Positions 58,737 to 64,000 of a DNA stretch of 64,000 nucleotides are shown here, in pieces. The notes beneath the pieces were generated by a model. The model was not told where the DNA came from and ran no database searches. It saw only the letters and a list, made by a program, of their open reading frames with translations. A program made the translations under genes and the position numbers. Numbering within the stretch: the stretch's first letter is position 1; each line of letters opens with the position of its first letter. Location of the stretch: NCBI RefSeq assembly GCF_009914755.1, contig NC_060939.1. One strand, written 5' to 3'. This DNA is from the human T2T-CHM13v2.0 reference genome, Homo sapiens.

Positions 58737-60899
58737 CTAACCCACTGGCCATTTATTTTAAGATTATACCATATAATTATTTTCCCTTCAGCTCAAAAAC
58801 TAAATTAGGTACCAACTTGAATGGAAAGAGTTACATAGAATAGGGATATCAAGAAATACATAATGTTTTCCCCAAATTTCATAATGATCTTGAATATTTT
58901 TCTCATTTAGGCTGCTGGGATTTATATTATCATTCCTGTGTCTTAGAGTAATTTCAAGTACATAAATGACTTTGCTTATTATATCTTAACGTGTTAGAGA
59001 ATTGTGTACTTTTCTGTGATTGTCAGCTAGCTGGACTATTAATCCATTTTACTTTCTACTTGATGGAGTGGTTGAGAGAAGTTGCAAAATTACCTCATGT
59101 TGTTAACAGAAGGGGCAGATTAAATCTATAAACAACTTGTTAGCACAGGTTTTAAACCTTTAAATATTCATTTGGTATGAATCACATTTCAAGGCCTGTT
59201 TTCTATATTATTTCTAAATGTACAAAAACAAAGTCAATTGGTTACTGGAGCCAGCTTTATAAACTCAGTCCTCAGTGTTTTCCTCCTTTGGTTTATCAAT
59301 TTCTTCAGGCTGGATATCAAGTGTATCCTCATACCCTGCTCTTGTCCAAACACAAACGGAGTAGTGCAGATGCCTTCCAGGGTATTTGGAAGCCTCACCC
59401 CAACATAAGGACTATTTCTCCTATTGGAGAGAAAACTGTGGAACAACAGATGGTTCAGGAACACACAACTGGGCCAAGTTTTAACATTTTAGTGTTGCCA
59501 TGTTGGGTTTTGTTTCCCAGTATTCATGCAGCCAACTATCTTGAAACTCTTGCCCTTAGCAGAAGGCTGATTCTCTGTGGTTCTTATGCAGGAGGGCTAG
59601 TCTTTTTACCTTCATTAGATGGAGATTAAGTCAACACAACTGCCTACTAATATTTGGCCCAGACATGCGTTACCTCATTTTTAAGTTTAAGCTACCTACA
59701 GCTCCCAGGAACATAAATAATTGAAAGGCATTTTATATTTTATCAGCTGCTCATACACCTTTATGAAGTGGGGAAATGTTACCAAGGCCTCATTGCAAAT
59801 GCAGTGAAGGATGCTGGGTGATGTGATGCTTCCTATTCACACAGTGAGTAGCAAAATGGGGTCATGAATGAGCATCTCTGGGATCCAACAGAACTTGACT
59901 TCTAAAACTATCATTATTATCTACCAAGATCCAATAAGTCACCTTAAATTGAATGTGACCTGTGTTTTGTCTGCATAGTGGTTTGAGAGGCTTGGGTACT
60001 GGCTAGCCCAGTTGAGGGAGAGGGGGAAGGATGTTAGTGGAAGGTCAAAGCTTCTGCCTATACTCATGTTGTAGGCCTGGAACTCGATCAGGTTCAAGCT
60101 CCTACTTTCTCAAGTTATGTGATTTTTTTAAAAAAATCATGAGTTGCAAGGGAAGCTCTGTGGACAGGCTCAGACCATGCTCAGAGGATGAGACACAGCT
60201 GCAGGGGCCTGTGGCTCGCTGGCTGATGTGGTATTTATCTGCTTCTTGCTGCACCACATCGCAACACTCCTTTGGAATCTTTTCTTCCAAATTAAAAACA
60301 GTCCCTAAAATGAAAAGCTAGGTAGCAGGAAGACTCATATTCTTTAAGGACCATCTTGCCACAGTGGTCTTGGTTTTCTGTCTCTAGCCTGCTCCTCCTG
60401 CCCATCCCTGGCCCACTGTCTGTCATCAGGGATGTCACACCGTTGGTTGGAGTGAACATAATGCACCTTCCCTTTTTGTTGTACTTCTCTTGCAGACTCA
60501 GCAAAGTTGTGTGCTGAGGCTCGTCCAGCTTAATTCGGCTGATGAATCTCACTCAAAAGATACAGCATGAAGCAGAAGCACTCATTCCAACAAGATTACC
60601 TGAGCATGCACTCTGACAGCCCAGCATGGCCAGTCTCCAGGGAAGAGGAGATGCACAATGCTGGCCTGTAACAGGGTCCTGGGGCCAGGACAAGTTATCA
60701 GGGCAGGGGATGCTGAAGAAGTCCAAAAGTGTGGCCTGAACTACTTCTGAATCTGTACAAGCATAAATGTCCCTTAAACCAACACCCATGTCCTAGTTAT
60801 TTAAGTGGTTTAATTCATTACTTCATTCTAGAAGTAGATCTGGGGATTTTCCAAACGTAGAGAAGCAAGGCATTCTGAAAGGTGAGTCATGACTGGTCA

Positions 60900-61310
60900 T
60901 GTTGCCAAGTGCCAGGGATTCGGCCTACATCCAGCTGCTCACTGCACAGAAAGCCAATCACCAAGACAACAAGTATTGCCAGGGAAGAAAGACTTTAAAA
61001 TGAGTGACATCAGCTAGGAGACAGGAGGCCAGTCTCAAATCAGTCTCTCCCTAAAGTTAGGGGTTTATATAAGAGTTGGCCAAGAGGCCAACTCCTATAT
61101 GGTTGGATGAAGAGTCTATTGCCTGGCTAGATGCAGTGAGTTTCAACTCTAATACTATATGGGAGGCCTGATGGTTGGTTTCCTGAGTAAGAAACTCAAA
61201 TAAGACAAATGTAAGTTTCTCAAGCTTCAAGAACAGGAGGGTCAATTTCCATGTTTATTCAAGAAAAAAACCCATAGACATCAGTTCTATGAAATATTAG
61301 GCTGGTTTCA
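60900..61310 (-). mobile_element. MER31-like ERV1 solo LTR, probably internally deleted
   Basis: gctgctcactgcacagaaagccaatcac...agtattgccagggaagaa; ends catcagttctatg...tttca; perfect 4-bp TSD gtca. Confidence 0.85.
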
Positions 61311-62734
61311 GTCATGGCAGGTGGCTCTTCAGTCCTGTTCTGTGATGCTCAGGGGTTTGGGTGACAGTGAACTTTGTATTTTTGTTTTTTGTCCTAGCAT
61401 TTTCCTCAGAAGAGACCAACTCAACTCCTTGGGTTCTATCTTCGTGTTTCAGATAGAAAGACATTAAAATAGCCCAAGATAGGTGACAGACTTTCAGATG
61501 ATATGCCTTCTATGGTTAACCTAATTCTTGATCACTTCTAGGTTGGAGATTTTCTATACACTTAGAACTAAGCCTCTCTGCTAAATATTAGTCACTACCT
61601 CTAGTTCTAACCTTATTTTATTGAGAAAGACCTGGAAAAGTGGGGAATGTGGAGAAGTAATAAGGGAATGGTAAATTCTCAATCTTCTATGAAGGGTGTA
61701 ACGAATGTGTTACTTTTTGATATGATATTAATGGATTACTCTAACATTTTTTCCAATGAGGTTGGCAATACCTGATTCCTGTTCCAGATCAATAACTTGT
61801 AGCTTCCTTGTCTCCAGTGAAGTGAATACAAGGAAATAAATCCAGCAGAGCTGGGCAAGTAACATGTATTCCTAGGTAGGATATTGACCCAATGAAATTT
61901 TGGGAGCCAGGCTGGCTCATAAGAACATTTTTGGGCCCTAATATTTGTGGGCTCAAGAAGTCATTGTTGTCCTAGGCTCACACCTGAACCTTCTGATGAG
62001 TGTAAAAGTCAGTCCAAAGCCACGAGTAGCTCAGAGCCTGACTGCCAGGTGCACTGTGAAGAATGTTCTCGCCACTGCAGGCGATGAAAGGAAGAACCAA
62101 GTGAGGAGGACACCACACTGCATGCAGTGTAGCCTTGATACACATGCACCCTCTTGCCATGGGGCTGTTATTCAGTAAAAGCCTCAACTCTTTGGACTAC
62201 AAGTAGTCCGTGGACACAATTCAGTCCATGCTGAAAAGAGGATTAATTGACTCATGAATGGGGGAAGAATAGTGTTTTAGCTGGTGGTAATGGGATTGGC
62301 TTCTCATCTCCTGAGACTGAAGCATGGCGTTCCACGTCTGGATTCTCACTTCCTCACGCATCACTGCCGAAAAGGAAATAGATGTCTCCTGGCTTCCTCT
62401 TAAAAACCCTAGGGGATACTTTTAGTGGAGCTGACTTGAGTCTCTGCACGAATTATTGTGGTGAAGGATGTGAAGGACAGTGATGGCTCAGTGTCTGCTG
62501 TCAAAATCAGTGTGAGGTGTGTGCACTTGGGTGGTGGACAGGGGCTACACAGGGAGCAACCCCTGTATGCTAGGCTGGCACGATCACCTCTGTGCACAGT
62601 CATTTTCTGGAATACACCGAATCAGATCACCATTCTTTTGCCTTAGGGTGAAGTTAGGGTAGTGGAAGAGGAGGGGAAGACTCAAATCTTAGTGCTTCTA
62701 GAGAGGAATATGTAGGGGATTCAAAAATGAGTAT

Positions 62735-63247
62735 TCCTCTTCCTTCCTTCCTTCCTTCCTCCTTCCTTCCTTCGTTTTTCCTTCCCTTCCTTTTTCCTTC
62801 ATTCCCCTCCTTCCTTCCTTTCTCCCTTCTTTTCCCTTTTCTTCCCTTCCTTTCGTTTCTTCCCTCCTTTCCACCTTCTTTCCTTCTTTCCCTCCTTTCC
62901 TTCCCTTTCCTTTCTTCCTTTCTATCCTTCCTTCCTTCCATTCCTTTATTCTTTCCCTTCCCTTTCCTTTTTTTCTTTCTTGTCCTTATTTCCTTCCCTT
63001 CCTTCCTTCCCTCCCTCCCTTTCTTCCCTTCCTTCCACTCCTTCCTTCCTTCTTTCCTTCCTTCCTTCCTTCTTCTTCCTTCATTTTCTCCCTTCCTTTC
63101 TTTTCTTTCCCTCTTCCATTCTTCCTCTCTCCTTCTTTCCCCTCCTTCCTTCCTTTCTCCCTTCTTTTCCTTTTTTTCTTCCTTTCCATTACTTCCTTCC
63201 CTCCTTTCCACCTTCTTTCCTTCTATCTTTCCCTCCTTCCTCTTTCC
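62735..63247. repeat. ~510-bp polypyrimidine/polypurine (TTCC/TTTC-type) tract
   Basis: Almost exclusively C/T on the plus strand. Confidence 0.97.
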
Positions 63248-63594
63248 ATGGTTTTACGTAGGAAAAAAATTACATGTTTTAAATTATTTGCCAGAGATTT
63301 TGCAAGCACATATGAGAATTGAGGATATCTGAAAACCAGATATCCTCCAACCAGATATCCTCCCTTCTGGGTCTCCTCTGTCATAGATGCTGGTCCGGAC
63401 ATCGCCCCCTCAGTATGAGTGGTCTATTGGTCAGCATACCATCTTGCCCCTTCATTTTCTTTAGTGGTCAAAATTATCATTTAGTGTTTTTTAAGTTGCT
63501 ACTTGCTTACCTCTTGGTGTGAACCACACATGTCAAAGACCCAGTTTCTTTACTCTTTACTCAGACTTTGATTAAACTTTTATTATATGTGAGA

Positions 63595-63710
63595 ACTGTT
63601 AAAGCTCAAAGAGAACTTAGACACCTACAGGTGAAAAAAATAGAGACTCGGGTGATGCTTAACTGACAGAGACTGGACTGGAACTCAAATCTTCTGGCTC
63701 TCAATTCACC
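63595..63710 (-). mobile_element. MIR-like fragment
   Basis: tacaggtgaaaaaaatagagactc...ggactggaactcaaatcttctggctctca. Confidence 0.5.
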
Positions 63711-64000
63711 GTGAGGGACAATGTTGCTGTGTCATGGAGCCTGTGCCTGATCTATGCAAATTTTGGCCTTATAATTTAAAAAGCAAAACTCTCACAAGCT
63801 TTATATGCTACATGTTTAATGATGTGTGTAATTATTCCACTGTGTGGCAAATTGGCATAAAGAATAAGCCATTTATATAAGGTGTGGTGATTCCTAATAT
63901 TCCTATGTAGCCAAATCAAACATTTCTGATCTTGTATTAGTTTCTTCTTTCTGCTGCAACAAATTCCCATAAAATTTTAAAACACCACAAATCTATTATC

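Noticed and set aside
59177-59629. 150-aa ATG ORF in non-repeat sequence
   Set aside because: No recognisable domain, promoter or splice context; length is compatible with chance in 64 kb.
62654-63332. 185-201-aa K/E/R/G-rich and F/L/P/S-rich ORFs
   Set aside because: Low-complexity purine/pyrimidine tract that lacks stop codons by composition.

Overview
Repeat-dense, non-coding primate (most likely human/hominoid) genomic DNA. It carries AluJ/S/Y elements, old L1M/L1PB/L1MA LINEs, L2, MIR, MaLR/ERVL/ERV1 LTRs including a two-LTR THE1B-like provirus, and Tigger/MER5 DNA transposons. I see no CpG island, no recognisable protein-coding exon, no RNA gene and no processed pseudogene; the ORF track is explained by repeats or chance. 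I cannot name the locus, and repeat subfamily calls come from remembered consensus sequences, not a search. I do not find a confidently new biological system. The most notable structure is a ~385-bp inverted duplication of apparently unique sequence (16493-16877 vs 18664-19040); both arms keep a MEIS/PREP + PBX-HOX composite site. There is also a series of local fold-back or template-switch scars, including two pre-miRNA-sized hairpins born inside transposons (9573-9674, 22867-22943).
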